This document shows positions 19,282-29,105 of a stretch of 64,000 bases of DNA, piece after piece. This stretch comes from Candidatus Dojkabacteria bacterium. Its GTDB lineage: Bacteria > Patescibacteriota > Dojkabacteria > J137. Position numbers and translations under genes: made by a program. Numbering within the stretch: the stretch's first letter is position 1; the number at the start of each line of letters is the position of its first letter. The stretch lies in contig JAUZRK010000001.1 in assembly GCA_030950485.1 (NCBI GenBank), positions 39,998 through 103,997 on the forward strand, read 5' to 3'. Under the pieces are notes generated by a model. That model was not told where the DNA came from. It did no database searches and saw only the letters and a program-made list of their open reading frames with translations.

Positions 19282-20040
19282 TTATTGAATCTCTCTGACT
19301 ATTAATACTGGAGTTCTAACTCCTTCATCCTCCTGAGACTGAGGATTACCTCTTAAAACTTGCATAAGATCTGACTCACTAAATTTTTTCTTTAACGAAT
19401 CACTCATTCCTAATATATTATTATCAATATTATTACCATCAATTATTGCTACTTTTACTCCCATTTTCTTCTCATATTCATTACATATTTTATCTCCATC
19501 TTTAGGAGGGAGTATTGCATATTGACCACTAATAGGTCCGTCTGTAAAACCATCAATTGCATTAATCTGATTGCCTGCTATTTTATAAAAATAACCTTTA
19601 ATCCCAAATAGCTTTAAAAAAGTACCTACTCCTAGTGCTAATATTATTCTTAAATAACCAGCTTCATTAATAGCTACTTGCATTTTCCTTGGATTAGCAT
19701 ACCCTGGATCATTTGGCCACTTCTTAACAAATTTAACAATTAGCTTAGCAAGCCAAGAAGCTTCTACTTTAGACTCATGAACAACAAAATTATTAGCAAT
19801 ACTTATAGCTTTTGCTGAAATACATAAGATGTCTTCTTTTTCTAAATCCTCTTTTACATTTTTTTCAATCACTGCAACTAAATCATCTCCAATATTTATA
19901 AATGGCATTTCAACAGGATATCTTGAATATCTTTTGCTATTGAACTCTACCGTTAGTTCTCTGTTTGGATTTGCTTCTTTTTGAATTCCTAATTTTCTTT
20001 CCATAGAATAATAATACCAAGTTACATGTAAAAAGTACAA
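19282..20040 (-). CDS. CofE-like / F420-0:gamma-glutamyl ligase-family protein (hypothetical)
   Basis: ..DILCISAKAISIANNFVV.., ..NEAGYLRI.., ..KVAIIDGNNIDNNILG.. loosely match the CofE/FbiB N-domain pattern. Confidence 0.35.
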   Translation of the reverse strand: MYFLHVTWYYYSMERKLGIQKEANPNRELTVEFNSKRYSRYPVEMPFINIGDDLVAVIEKNVKEDLEKEDILCISAKAISIANNFVVHESKVEASWLAKLIVKFVKKWPNDPGYANPRKMQVAINEAGYLRIILALGVGTFLKLFGIKGYFYKIAGNQINAIDGFTDGPISGQYAILPPKDGDKICNEYEKKMGVKVAIIDGNNIDNNILGMSDSLKKKFSESDLMQVLRGNPQSQEDEGVRTPVLIVREIQ

Positions 20041-20152
20041 AGCAAAAATGGTTGTTTATCGTTTATACTTTTAACTTTTGACTTTTGACTTAGTACTATT
20101 TAATGTAGAATACTAATTAGCTAATTTGTACATTTTTTAAACTCATAAATAC

Positions 20153-20833
20153 ATGAGGCGATTGCTTACATATACATTAATATTGTTGTTTGGAACACTA
20201 CTAGCCCTATGGTCACCATGGTTAAGGTGGAATATTTCAATAGCAGATCTTTTAGGTGCTGAGAAACCAGAAAGTATTGCAGGACTTCAGGTCTTCTCAT
20301 TAGCAGGTGAGCTTAATATTTATGTTGATGATGAATTCCAAGGTACAGTTACCACAGATAATTCACCGTATTTTATAAATAATATAACGCCTGGAGAACG
20401 AAGAATTAGAGTAGAAAGAAAATCAGATACTAATGGTGCTTATTGGAATTTCAATAGATTAATTAGTTTTGAAGAAGGAAATGATGTTGTTATCTCATAT
20501 AATATAGGTCCGAGTGAAGAATTCTCAACTGGAAATTTTATATATACTACGAAATCTTCAGAAGATGAAAAAAATAGAGCTAAACTAAATTTCAAACTAA
20601 ATGTAGAAGATTCAATAATTAGCATTGATAACATTACAAAAGTTGTTGATGGCTATACAGTTAGCGAATATGTAAATCTGGATAAACAGTATTCTGTAAA
20701 AGTAAGTAAGTCCGGATATGAAGATCTAGAATTTACCTTACTACCAAGTGAAAGTGAACTTAGATCAGAACTCGAAGGCCATGATCTAAATGTAGAAGTA
20801 AATTTAATGTTGCAACCAGTATTAGTCGAATAA
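20153..20833 (+). CDS. Secreted/membrane-anchored hypothetical protein (N-terminal TM), translationally coupled to the downstream 1043-aa gene
   Basis: N-terminal hydrophobic helix (LLTYTLILLFGTLLALW). Stop TAA overlaps the ATG of the next gene (TAATGA). Confidence 0.4.
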   Translation: MRRLLTYTLILLFGTLLALWSPWLRWNISIADLLGAEKPESIAGLQVFSLAGELNIYVDDEFQGTVTTDNSPYFINNITPGERRIRVERKSDTNGAYWNFNRLISFEEGNDVVISYNIGPSEEFSTGNFIYTTKSSEDEKNRAKLNFKLNVEDSIISIDNITKVVDGYTVSEYVNLDKQYSVKVSKSGYEDLEFTLLPSESELRSELEGHDLNVEVNLMLQPVLVE

Positions 20834-23800
20834 TGAGAGTACCAGACCAATTTAAACTAAAAAACACTATTAAATATCCAACCTCAATTATAGTCGGTGG
20901 TATTTCTAAATTAGGGCTTGAAGTAGCTGAATCTCTAGTTGAACAAGGTGGATATGTAATCATAATTGATACAGTAAACGAAGAAAGTATCGCTAGATTA
21001 GGGACTTTCAGTAGAAATGATCTAGTAAGTCTTTTAGATTACTCTTCAATTCCGCACTTAGAGGAAGATATAAGGAGATTAGATTATGTATTCTACTTCA
21101 ATCACGAAATAGTAGACTTTAAAAATAAAATATCTACTCAAGAATTTCTAACTTTTTCGAACTATCTTGATGCAGTTTTAACACTAGCTACTAAATTTGA
21201 AGCTAAGTTTCTTTTAACTTCTTCTATAAAAGTAAATCAAGTAATACTATCGGAAGCTGAATTAAGTTTAGGACTTGGTTCATCTGATAAAGTTACCCAT
21301 ATTTATACTGAAATGGAAACACAGAAGTATGCAGAAGGATTAGTAATGGAATATGGAGAGAAAGCTGAGTTAGATGTAAGAATAATAAGATTGGGTGAGA
21401 TAATTGGAGATGAGATGAATTTCAGAAATCTTACATCCTTTACTGAATTCATTTTAAATGCAGTTAGAGGTAAGGCACTTGAATTAAAAAAAGATGGGTT
21501 AGAAAATGAATGGTACATACATCTTTTAGATGCAGCATACGCTTTAATTAAGGCACAATTTGGATCTAAAACCTCTGCTAGAATATTTTCAGCTAGCTAT
21601 GATACGTCATTCTCTCATTTAGCTATAGCTTATAAGATACAAGAATATTCAGATGGGAAAACAGAAATAAGATTTATAAGAGAAAATGACAATCTACCAT
21701 CACTAAAACTTTATAAACCTGCTAAAAGCTTATCAGATATAGGTTGGGTTCCTAAAATCTCTTTTGATAAAGCGATAAGAGAATCGGTTGCTTCAGCAAA
21801 GATTTTTTTAGCGGAAAAGAATATTGAAAAAATAAAGAGAAACTCTAACGCTTCTTTAAGTTCTAAACTAATGAGTTTTCTTAGCCTAGCTAATGATGAT
21901 TCAGAAAATAGACTAAATGAAGATATTTTAGATACTATGGCTAGGGAGCATGATAATGATAAGAAAGTGAAAAAAAATCGATTAGTATTAGGACATAGAG
22001 ACTTAAAAAAGAGAAGGAGAAGACCAAAAACTAGAAAAGAGAAATTTCAAGATATTTTCTGGGCGGGATTTACACGATTTGCAAATATTTTTACTTTCTT
22101 TAGGAATAAATCGCCACTAGAAATAGGTGCGTTATTTGTATCAGTAACACTTTTAATATTTGTATATTTCTTTGCATTTGCTCCATTTATATATTTAACA
22201 AAGAACTATACTACTGCAATTCAAGATACAGAAGAACTGTTAGATTTTGCTAATGAAAAGAATTATGAACAACTAACTTCAAAAACTGAAAAAATAAAGA
22301 TAGCATTAGAAGACAATATTGATCTTTTGTCTATGTATGAATTCAGCTCAAAATTTATTACACTTGAGGATGAATTAGCTGATATTCAAGAAATAAATGA
22401 TATATATGCTCTTGCAATTAGTGGAATAATTGATGTTTCAGAAAATATAGACCCATTAAATGTATATCTTAATGAATTCTATAATAATACAGTTTTAAGA
22501 TCAGGTAATGAAAGCTATCTTTCAATTAATGATAACGGGGTGGATTTCTCAGCTGAACTATCCAAAGTAGAAGGCAATAGAATTTATTTAGTATCAGGAT
22601 TAGAAAAGCTGGATAAAGCAATTGAGAGATTAAATAAGAGAGACTATACTCATCTTCCAGAATATATAGCTACAAGGATAGTTGATATGAACTTAAAACT
22701 TTCAGAACTTAAGTCATCTTTAGAATCTAGTTATTATGAAAGTTATTTAGCAGAGCTTTTAGGGGCAACGAATCAGAAGACTCATTTAATCTTAGTTCTT
22801 GATAATACTCGTCTTTCACCTATCGGTGGAGATATATCCGCATTCGCCTTAGTTACATTTAAAGGAGGTAGCGTTGTAGATATTGTAGTTAGACCTGTAA
22901 CTGATAGTTTAGAAATACCTACTTTTAGCAATGAGGAAATAGCTTACTTAAATACTAATAGATTTAGCTTAATAAATGCTACAGATATTGAATTGAATGA
23001 TTTTTCAAGCCTTACAGATTTTAGAGAATTTGCTTTTGAAATGCGTTCTGTTTTTGAGAATGAATATGAAAGAGATATTGATGGAGTAATTACTTTAAAT
23101 TTAAATTCTTTATCTGAGTTATTATCAGTCAATCAAATTGGTCCTGTAAATGTATCGGGATTAGACTTTAATGAATCAAATTTCTTAAACTCTTTAAATA
23201 ACGCTCAAGTTCAAAATGAAAATGTTGAGGTTAGAAGAGATTTAATTGCACAAGTATTAGCTACATTCCTTTACAATGAGTTTAATTCCTACTCTAATAC
23301 GTATTCAGACTTGGTAAATAAAATTACAAGTCAGTTATTATTAGACAACATATACTTAGACTTTGATACATCAAATATACAAGATGAATTAGATAAAAAT
23401 TATATTAGCTTCGCTGAAGATACTGATAGTTATATAAAGGTAACTACTTTAATGAATGATCCTAATAATGTAAATATTTCAAAGTTTTCTGATATTAATA
23501 TTGCTCTTGAGACAAGTATTTCAAATGAATTATCACTAAGTCATAAAGCAACTGTTAACTTTACGAATCTAGGAAATGGTCAAGAACTGGCTGTATGTTT
23601 ATCAAGAAATACAGATCCAGATTCTGTAGTTGTTAGCGGACTGACTTCAGATTCGCTTAGATATGTTATTAATGAAGGTGAAGATGATGTTTGTATAGTG
23701 ATGAGAATACTCTCTGAGAATTCAGTTACTATTACATGGAAAGAGTTCTCTAAATTTGAAGTTAATGGAGGAGAGACTATAATACAGCTTGGAGTAGCTA

Positions 23801-23964
23801 GAGTAAAAGGGGCTAGAACTACTCTAGATCATACAATTAAGTTGGGAAACAACTTACAAATAAGTAATATTGAGTCTGATATATCTTTCGTTCCGGGATC
23901 AACTGAGGTTGGCTATAATAAGCAAATACTGTCTGATCAAATCACTACTCTCAGCATACGTTAA
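20833..23964 (+). CDS. Large multi-domain protein (1043 aa): N-terminal NAD(P)-binding Rossmann (epimerase/SDR-like) domain, central TM segment, large C-terminal domain of unknown function
   Basis: N-terminal IIVGGISKLGLEVAESLVEQGGYVIIID (Gx2Gx2G-like). Hydrophobic stretch PLEIGALFVSVTLLIFVYFFAFAPFIYL near residue 430. About 600-aa C-terminal region with no recognisable domain. Confidence 0.45.
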   Translation: MRVPDQFKLKNTIKYPTSIIVGGISKLGLEVAESLVEQGGYVIIIDTVNEESIARLGTFSRNDLVSLLDYSSIPHLEEDIRRLDYVFYFNHEIVDFKNKISTQEFLTFSNYLDAVLTLATKFEAKFLLTSSIKVNQVILSEAELSLGLGSSDKVTHIYTEMETQKYAEGLVMEYGEKAELDVRIIRLGEIIGDEMNFRNLTSFTEFILNAVRGKALELKKDGLENEWYIHLLDAAYALIKAQFGSKTSARIFSASYDTSFSHLAIAYKIQEYSDGKTEIRFIRENDNLPSLKLYKPAKSLSDIGWVPKISFDKAIRESVASAKIFLAEKNIEKIKRNSNASLSSKLMSFLSLANDDSENRLNEDILDTMAREHDNDKKVKKNRLVLGHRDLKKRRRRPKTRKEKFQDIFWAGFTRFANIFTFFRNKSPLEIGALFVSVTLLIFVYFFAFAPFIYLTKNYTTAIQDTEELLDFANEKNYEQLTSKTEKIKIALEDNIDLLSMYEFSSKFITLEDELADIQEINDIYALAISGIIDVSENIDPLNVYLNEFYNNTVLRSGNESYLSINDNGVDFSAELSKVEGNRIYLVSGLEKLDKAIERLNKRDYTHLPEYIATRIVDMNLKLSELKSSLESSYYESYLAELLGATNQKTHLILVLDNTRLSPIGGDISAFALVTFKGGSVVDIVVRPVTDSLEIPTFSNEEIAYLNTNRFSLINATDIELNDFSSLTDFREFAFEMRSVFENEYERDIDGVITLNLNSLSELLSVNQIGPVNVSGLDFNESNFLNSLNNAQVQNENVEVRRDLIAQVLATFLYNEFNSYSNTYSDLVNKITSQLLLDNIYLDFDTSNIQDELDKNYISFAEDTDSYIKVTTLMNDPNNVNISKFSDINIALETSISNELSLSHKATVNFTNLGNGQELAVCLSRNTDPDSVVVSGLTSDSLRYVINEGEDDVCIVMRILSENSVTITWKEFSKFEVNGGETIIQLGVARVKGARTTLDHTIKLGNNLQISNIESDISFVPGSTEVGYNKQILSDQITTLSIR

Positions 23965-24058
23965 ATTTAATTTTGCTAATGCTAACTTTCGTGGTAATAT
24001 GGAAGTAATGGGTTCCTTTCGGGGATCTATTTTTACTGTTAATTTTTAAGAAAATATT

Positions 24059-24559
24059 GTGGCTAAAGAAATGCAAAGTGATAACGAAACAATCGAATTA
24101 ACTCAAGAAGCTCATGATGAATTGTCAGCTGAGTTAGAAGAACGTAAAACTGTTACACGACCAAAAATCGCAGAAGAAATTAAAGAAGCAAGAGAGTTAG
24201 GTGATTTAAGCGAGAATCATGCCTATACAACAGCAATGGAAAGAAAGGATTTAAATGAAGACAGAATAACTGATCTTGAGAGAATGCTTAAAAATACAAA
24301 AGTTGTTACAACTTCAGCTTCAACTAAAGTAGTAATGATAGGACATAGTATTGAAATTGAAAATACTGCTAATAATAGAAAGAAGGTTGTAAGACTTGTC
24401 GGAGGAGAAGAAACACTATCAGCGGATTCAAGAGAAGGTAAAATTTCTACAGACTCCCCTATTGGTAGAGCTATTTTCAAATCTAAGATTGGAGATGTTG
24501 TCAAAGTTGATCTTGGTGAAAGAGAAATTGAGTATAAAATTGTAAAATTTGTAAAGTAA
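24059..24559 (+). CDS. greA: Transcription elongation factor GreA
   Basis: ..KIAEEIKEARELGDLSENHAYTTAMERKDLNEDRITDLERML.. coiled-coil plus a C-terminal FKBP-like domain. 166 aa. Confidence 0.85.
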   Translation: MAKEMQSDNETIELTQEAHDELSAELEERKTVTRPKIAEEIKEARELGDLSENHAYTTAMERKDLNEDRITDLERMLKNTKVVTTSASTKVVMIGHSIEIENTANNRKKVVRLVGGEETLSADSREGKISTDSPIGRAIFKSKIGDVVKVDLGEREIEYKIVKFVK

Positions 24560-24577
24560 TTTCAAATGGGTTTAAAA

Positions 24578-24607
24578 AGAGGGCATCTTAAGCTGCCCTC
24601 TTTTTTT
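24578..24607 (+). terminator. Rho-independent terminator after greA (AGAGGGCA..TGCCCTCT + T7)
   Basis: Perfect 8-bp stem followed by T-run 24602-24608. Confidence 0.75.
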
Positions 24608-24619
24608 ACTTATATAACT

Positions 24620-25261
24620 TTATTTTTTACTTTCCTCTTTCTTTACCATTTTATAAGATTTCATAATGTACATTCCCCAGAAAATTAAGCTTGAAAATAA
24701 TACTGCTAAGCTATCTGCACTTAGGAAATCTGCTTTTTCATACATATTATCCAAAATATTTCCTGCTACTATAAATATTGAAATGAATGACAGAACTGAG
24801 AAGATTACTACACCTAAGTTTATAAAAACCTTGTTTGCAACTGTTCCTTCTTTTACATCTTCTGCTTTTATAATAGTATTGTAATAATAATGGAATGCCA
24901 TTATCATAAGTCCTATCAAAAGATAAACTAAACCTCTTACAAAAGTCTCAGATTCGATTTCTAGGTATGCATTCTCATCTGGAAGTATCACCTCAAAAAG
25001 ATATGATAAAACCATTTGAAGTCCAACAAAGGCTGAAATAGAACCTATAAGTAACCAAGCACAGTTATTGATTCTTGTACCTACCTTCATTAATCTAGGC
25101 ATGAATTCTTCTGCGTGCTTTTTGTTGCCTGAAAAGTAGTATAAAACTAGTCCAAACATTGCTAATGCAATTGGAAATAACATTACAGAGAGTAATGAGT
25201 TTATAACGGCAAGTCCTGCTGAAAATGCCATATCTAATCCTGTAGTTGGTCCACCTAACAT
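24620..25261 (-). CDS. Polytopic membrane protein, possibly CPBP (CAAX protease/Abi)-family intramembrane metalloprotease
   Basis: About 6 TM segments. EEFMPR matches CPBP motif 1 (EExxxR). FHYYYN matches HxxxN. Motif 2 is unclear. Confidence 0.3.
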   Translation of the reverse strand: MLGGPTTGLDMAFSAGLAVINSLLSVMLFPIALAMFGLVLYYFSGNKKHAEEFMPRLMKVGTRINNCAWLLIGSISAFVGLQMVLSYLFEVILPDENAYLEIESETFVRGLVYLLIGLMIMAFHYYYNTIIKAEDVKEGTVANKVFINLGVVIFSVLSFISIFIVAGNILDNMYEKADFLSADSLAVLFSSLIFWGMYIMKSYKMVKKEESKK

Positions 25262-25311
25262 AAATGAAAATTTAAATATATAATGTTTATTATATATTTA
25301 GAGTATAGAGG

Positions 25312-26760
25312 TTACAAATCTAGTTTTTCTTTTAAAAGCTCTTCAGTAGTATTAGGGTTTGCTTTACCTCTACTTTCTCTCATAACTAAGCCAACGAGGA
25401 ATTTTACAGCGTTCGGATTTTTCTTAATATCTTTTACGACTTTTTCATTATCGGATATTACTTTATCGACAAATTTTTCTAGTTCAGATTCATCAGTTAT
25501 CTGTAAAAGATTTCTTTCTTTTATAATTTCTTCTGCTCCAGCTTTTCCTGTAGTAAATATTATCTCAATGACCTTCTTAACTACAGTACCAGTTATTTTA
25601 TTTTCTAAAAGAAGATTAAGTAAATATAGAAAGTCTTTTGTAGTTAAAGGCATTTTTTCAAAGCTTGTTTTTCGTTTTTCAACAAATCCAGCAATGTCAG
25701 AGTTAATCCATTTAGATAGTTCTTTTGCTATCTTAGTATCGTTACTCCCTTCTTCTTGGCAAACGAGATCAAACCAATCACCTCTATCAGTATCCTCAAT
25801 AAATATATCAGCTTGTTCTAATTCAAGTCCTAATTCTAAATATCTAGTTTTTCTTTCTAATGGTAGCTCTTTAATACTTTCTTTTATTTCGTTAATCCAT
25901 GTATCATCTAATTTTATTGGAGGAATATCTGGTTCTGGAAAATATCTATAATCGTCAGCACTCTCCTTTGTTCTTTGTAATAAAGTCTCACCGGACATAT
26001 TTTTAAGTCCCCTAGTCTGACTAATCATCTTCTTGCCGTTATCAATTTCTATTGATTGTCTTTCATATTCAAAATCTATTACTTTCTCTAATACAGAGAT
26101 AGAACCGATATTCTTAACTTCGATTCTATAATCTGGAAGCTCATGCGCTGCTAGATCTGGAGTTTTTAGACTCATATTAAGCTCAAATCTCATCTGTCCT
26201 TTTTGCATTTCTGCGTCACTTACTTCTGCATATCTTATAATCTGTCTTAATCTTTTAGCAAATGCTGCTATCTCCTCTACTGTTTGAAAGTCCGGTTCAG
26301 TAACGATTTCAATTAATGGTGTTCCAGATTTATTGTAATCTACTAGTGTATCTTCGCCTTCATGAATTGATTTTGCTGTATCTTCCTCCATATGTACTCT
26401 CTTTATTCTAATTCTTCTAGAGTCATCCCCTATTTCAATTTCAACGTAACCATCTTCCCCAAATGGGATGTCTGATTGTGTTATCTGATAGCCTTTCGGT
26501 AAATCGGGATAATAATAGTTCTTTCTGTCAAATTTAGAATTGTTATTTATTTTACAATTTAGTGCAAGTGATAGTTTTATGCACTTTCTTATTGCCTCTT
26601 CATTTGGAACAGGAAGAGCGCCAGGTAAGCCGAAGCAAACAGGACATATATTTATATTTGCCTCTTTACCAAAATAATCTGAGCTACAGCTACAGAACAT
26701 TTTTGAATTTGTTTTTGCTTGTAAGTGGACCTCGAGTCCAATAACTGTTTGATATTTCAT
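25312..26760 (-). CDS. gatB: Aspartyl/glutamyl-tRNA(Asn/Gln) amidotransferase subunit B
   Basis: MKYQTVIGLEVHLQAKTNSKMFCSCS.. canonical GatB N-terminus. 482 aa with a C-terminal GatB/YqeY domain. Confidence 0.9.
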   Translation of the reverse strand: MKYQTVIGLEVHLQAKTNSKMFCSCSSDYFGKEANINICPVCFGLPGALPVPNEEAIRKCIKLSLALNCKINNNSKFDRKNYYYPDLPKGYQITQSDIPFGEDGYVEIEIGDDSRRIRIKRVHMEEDTAKSIHEGEDTLVDYNKSGTPLIEIVTEPDFQTVEEIAAFAKRLRQIIRYAEVSDAEMQKGQMRFELNMSLKTPDLAAHELPDYRIEVKNIGSISVLEKVIDFEYERQSIEIDNGKKMISQTRGLKNMSGETLLQRTKESADDYRYFPEPDIPPIKLDDTWINEIKESIKELPLERKTRYLELGLELEQADIFIEDTDRGDWFDLVCQEEGSNDTKIAKELSKWINSDIAGFVEKRKTSFEKMPLTTKDFLYLLNLLLENKITGTVVKKVIEIIFTTGKAGAEEIIKERNLLQITDESELEKFVDKVISDNEKVVKDIKKNPNAVKFLVGLVMRESRGKANPNTTEELLKEKLDL

Positions 26761-26791
26761 CAGAGTAATTCTAGCTTAAGAGAGCTTAATT

Positions 26792-27274
26792 TTAAAGCTC
26801 AACTACTTCATCTAGTTCAATTGCCATTTCTTCTTCAGTTCTATAGACAAATTCCCCTGGAGGTTGATGAGTTATGTACATTATTCCAGTATAGTCTCTA
26901 AATATATCTGGAAGATAATTACTTATGATCGCTCCTGGTGGTCTTTGTGACATACTGATACAATTTTCTGTTCTAAATATAGCGAAGTGCCCTAATTTTT
27001 CAGGGTCAATTTTTCCACCTTCTATATAAATATAAGAAACGCTTTATGGTTGGAGCGTTGGTGAAGCTTGCGAAGAATCAGCATGATAAATCTCTTGGGT
27101 TTCCAGCCATTTTATAGAGTTAGCTTGAGCCTTAGCTAGGCTACTTCCTTCTAGATGCTCAACAAGACCTGGTTCATACCCAGTCCCGGTTTCTCGAGCC
27201 CTTTCTTCAGAATAGTTTTGGTAAGTAAATTCTTCAGCCACCAGAGATTTTAGCGCGAATAATGTAATAAGCAA
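26792..27274 (-). pseudogene. Hypothetical gene interrupted by a single in-frame TAA (27044-27046); GC content above local background
   Basis: The 76-aa ORF (27044..27274) and the following 80 codons are in the same frame (..SPTLQP*SVSYIYIEGGKIDPEKLGHFAIFRTENCISMSQRPPGAIIS..EVVEL*). Family not recognised. Confidence 0.3.
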
Positions 27275-27401
27275 AGTTAAATTGCTATTGTATTACAACT
27301 CTGATATTGATATTTTCAAGAGGGTCGTGACATTATTAATGATGCATATATATCATTTAATCAATTTACTAACCACTTGCCCCTCATCACTAATCTCTAG
27401 C

Positions 27402-28910
27402 CTAAAACTCTATCTTCATTGCTTCCTTCATCTCATCCGCTATGCCTCTTGCTATCTTGCTTACTTTCTTACTGCCCTCTACAGCTTTTTCTACTAACTC
27501 AGCTTTCTTTCCTTCTGCCTCTCTTCTCTTTTCCCTAATCGGAGTTAAAACCTCGTTCATAGCAGCAAATAGTTTTTCTTTAACTTCAACGTCTCCAACT
27601 TTCCCAGCTTCGTATCTAGCTTTTAAGTCTGCTACTTCCTCTTTATTTGAATTAAACAAATCATGATAAGTAAATGCTACATTTCCTTCTACAGTGCCTT
27701 TATCAGTTGCATGAATTCTATTTGGATCTGTATAAACACTCATAATCTTTTTCTTCAGTTCTTCTTCTGAATCAGATAGATAAATTCCATTATTTAAGCT
27801 CTTTCCCATCTTTGCATTTCCATCAATACCTGGAACATTTTTAGGCACACCAAAATGTGCTTTTGGTTGTCCAAAAACCTCTTTTTTATACGTATTGTTG
27901 AATTTTCTAGCTATCTCCCTACAATCTTCTACCATTGGCGCCTGATCTTTACCAACAGGCACTAAATCTGCATTAACACAAAGAATGTCTGCAGCTTGAT
28001 GAGTTGGATAAATAAAGAAACCTAACGGAGTAGAATCTTCCATATTATTTTGTTTAATCTCAGTTTTCAATGTTGGGTTATGCATTAGTTGTTGAACTGA
28101 AACAAAATTCGAAAGATACATAAATATTTCATGTGTCTCTGGAACCTCACTTTGGATATAAACAGTTGATTTATCAAAATCTAATCCAGATGCATAGTAA
28201 TCACATAAAAGTTCTCCAATGCTTTGTTTTACTTTCTCAGGATTGTCTCGATTATCTGAAAGAGCATGAATATTTGCTATCAGAATAAAAGTCTCATATT
28301 CTTCCTGAAACTTCACTCGATTCATTAATGATCCGAATAAATGACCGATGTGTAATTTACCAGTTGGTCTATCTCCAGTAAGTATTCTTTTTTTTCTTGT
28401 ATCATTTAACACATTCTGTCTTCTTTCATTTGGAACCATTATGTCTACTCTCTCAAATATTGGAATTAGTTTTTCTAGATCAGTCCTTTTAATTTCTAAA
28501 GCTAATTCTGAGCTTGTGCTTCCACAAATGACTTTATTCATTTCAAAGAATGATTCATCGATAAGAATTTTATTAATTTTATTTTCTCCTTGTAGAAGAT
28601 CTAGAACCAAAGGTGATGCAAGTCCAGGTTCAAATCCTATAGATTTTAGCTCCTCATCAGATGCAAACGATACCCTGCTTGTTCCCAAATATTTTTTTAA
28701 TTTCTTAGAATCAATATTTTTATCATCTCTTCTTAGAATTCCAACATATTTATCTCCGCCATATCTAAATATTAAAGTTGATAAACCTTCTGAATATTTT
28801 ATCCCTAAAGATTTAACAATCTCGTCTATACTTAATGAACTAACCTTATGAAAGCTATGTTTAATATTTCTTTTTTCTAATAAATCTTTTATAAATTCAA
28901 AATGTTTCAT
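27402..28910 (-). CDS. trpS: Tryptophan--tRNA ligase with N-terminal YbaK/ProX-like aminoacyl-tRNA deacylase domain
   Basis: C-terminal TrpRS: ..TGDRPTGKLHIGHLFGSL.. (HIGH), ..VPVGKDQAPMVEDCREIARKFN.., ..KMGKS... N-terminal roughly 160 aa: ..STLIFRYGGDKYVGILRRDDKNIDSKKLKKYLGTSRVSFASDEELKSIGFEPGLASPLV.., a YbaK-like pattern. Confidence 0.8.
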   Translation of the reverse strand: MKHFEFIKDLLEKRNIKHSFHKVSSLSIDEIVKSLGIKYSEGLSTLIFRYGGDKYVGILRRDDKNIDSKKLKKYLGTSRVSFASDEELKSIGFEPGLASPLVLDLLQGENKINKILIDESFFEMNKVICGSTSSELALEIKRTDLEKLIPIFERVDIMVPNERRQNVLNDTRKKRILTGDRPTGKLHIGHLFGSLMNRVKFQEEYETFILIANIHALSDNRDNPEKVKQSIGELLCDYYASGLDFDKSTVYIQSEVPETHEIFMYLSNFVSVQQLMHNPTLKTEIKQNNMEDSTPLGFFIYPTHQAADILCVNADLVPVGKDQAPMVEDCREIARKFNNTYKKEVFGQPKAHFGVPKNVPGIDGNAKMGKSLNNGIYLSDSEEELKKKIMSVYTDPNRIHATDKGTVEGNVAFTYHDLFNSNKEEVADLKARYEAGKVGDVEVKEKLFAAMNEVLTPIREKRREAEGKKAELVEKAVEGSKKVSKIARGIADEMKEAMKIEF

Positions 28911-28989
28911 TGTTTATATTTTCGTAATTATTTTAATTATACACTTTTTAAGTAGTTACTCATTTCCAGATATAAAACTACCTAAAATA

Positions 28990-29014
28990 ACAAAAATCCC
29001 GCATTTGCGGGATT
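28990..29014 (-). terminator. Rho-independent terminator for the minus-strand gene ending at 29106 (AATCCCGCA..TGCGGGATT, U-tract on minus strand)
   Basis: 9-bp stem with an A-run at 28992-28996 on the plus strand (T-run on the minus strand). Confidence 0.6.
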
Positions 29015-29105
29015 GGTAAGTCGTTAAGTTTTAAAAGCTTTACCAAGCCCATCTGTCTGAATAGTTTTGCCAATATATTGAATATATCATAGAGTAATTA
29101 TATCA

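Noticed and set aside
20440-20963. Three short minus-strand ORFs (20440..20634, 20653..20850, 20760..20963) across the 20153/20833 gene junction
   Set aside because: Antisense to a translationally coupled gene pair. Serine-rich low-complexity translations.
25283-25951. 222-aa plus-strand ORF antisense to gatB
   Set aside because: Lies entirely within and opposite the strongly supported gatB. Low-complexity S/F/L-rich translation typical of antisense AT-rich sequence.
28348-28851. 167-aa plus-strand ORF (and 27442..27666) antisense to trpS
   Set aside because: Embedded in a well-supported aaRS gene on the other strand. Serine/leucine-rich antisense artefact.
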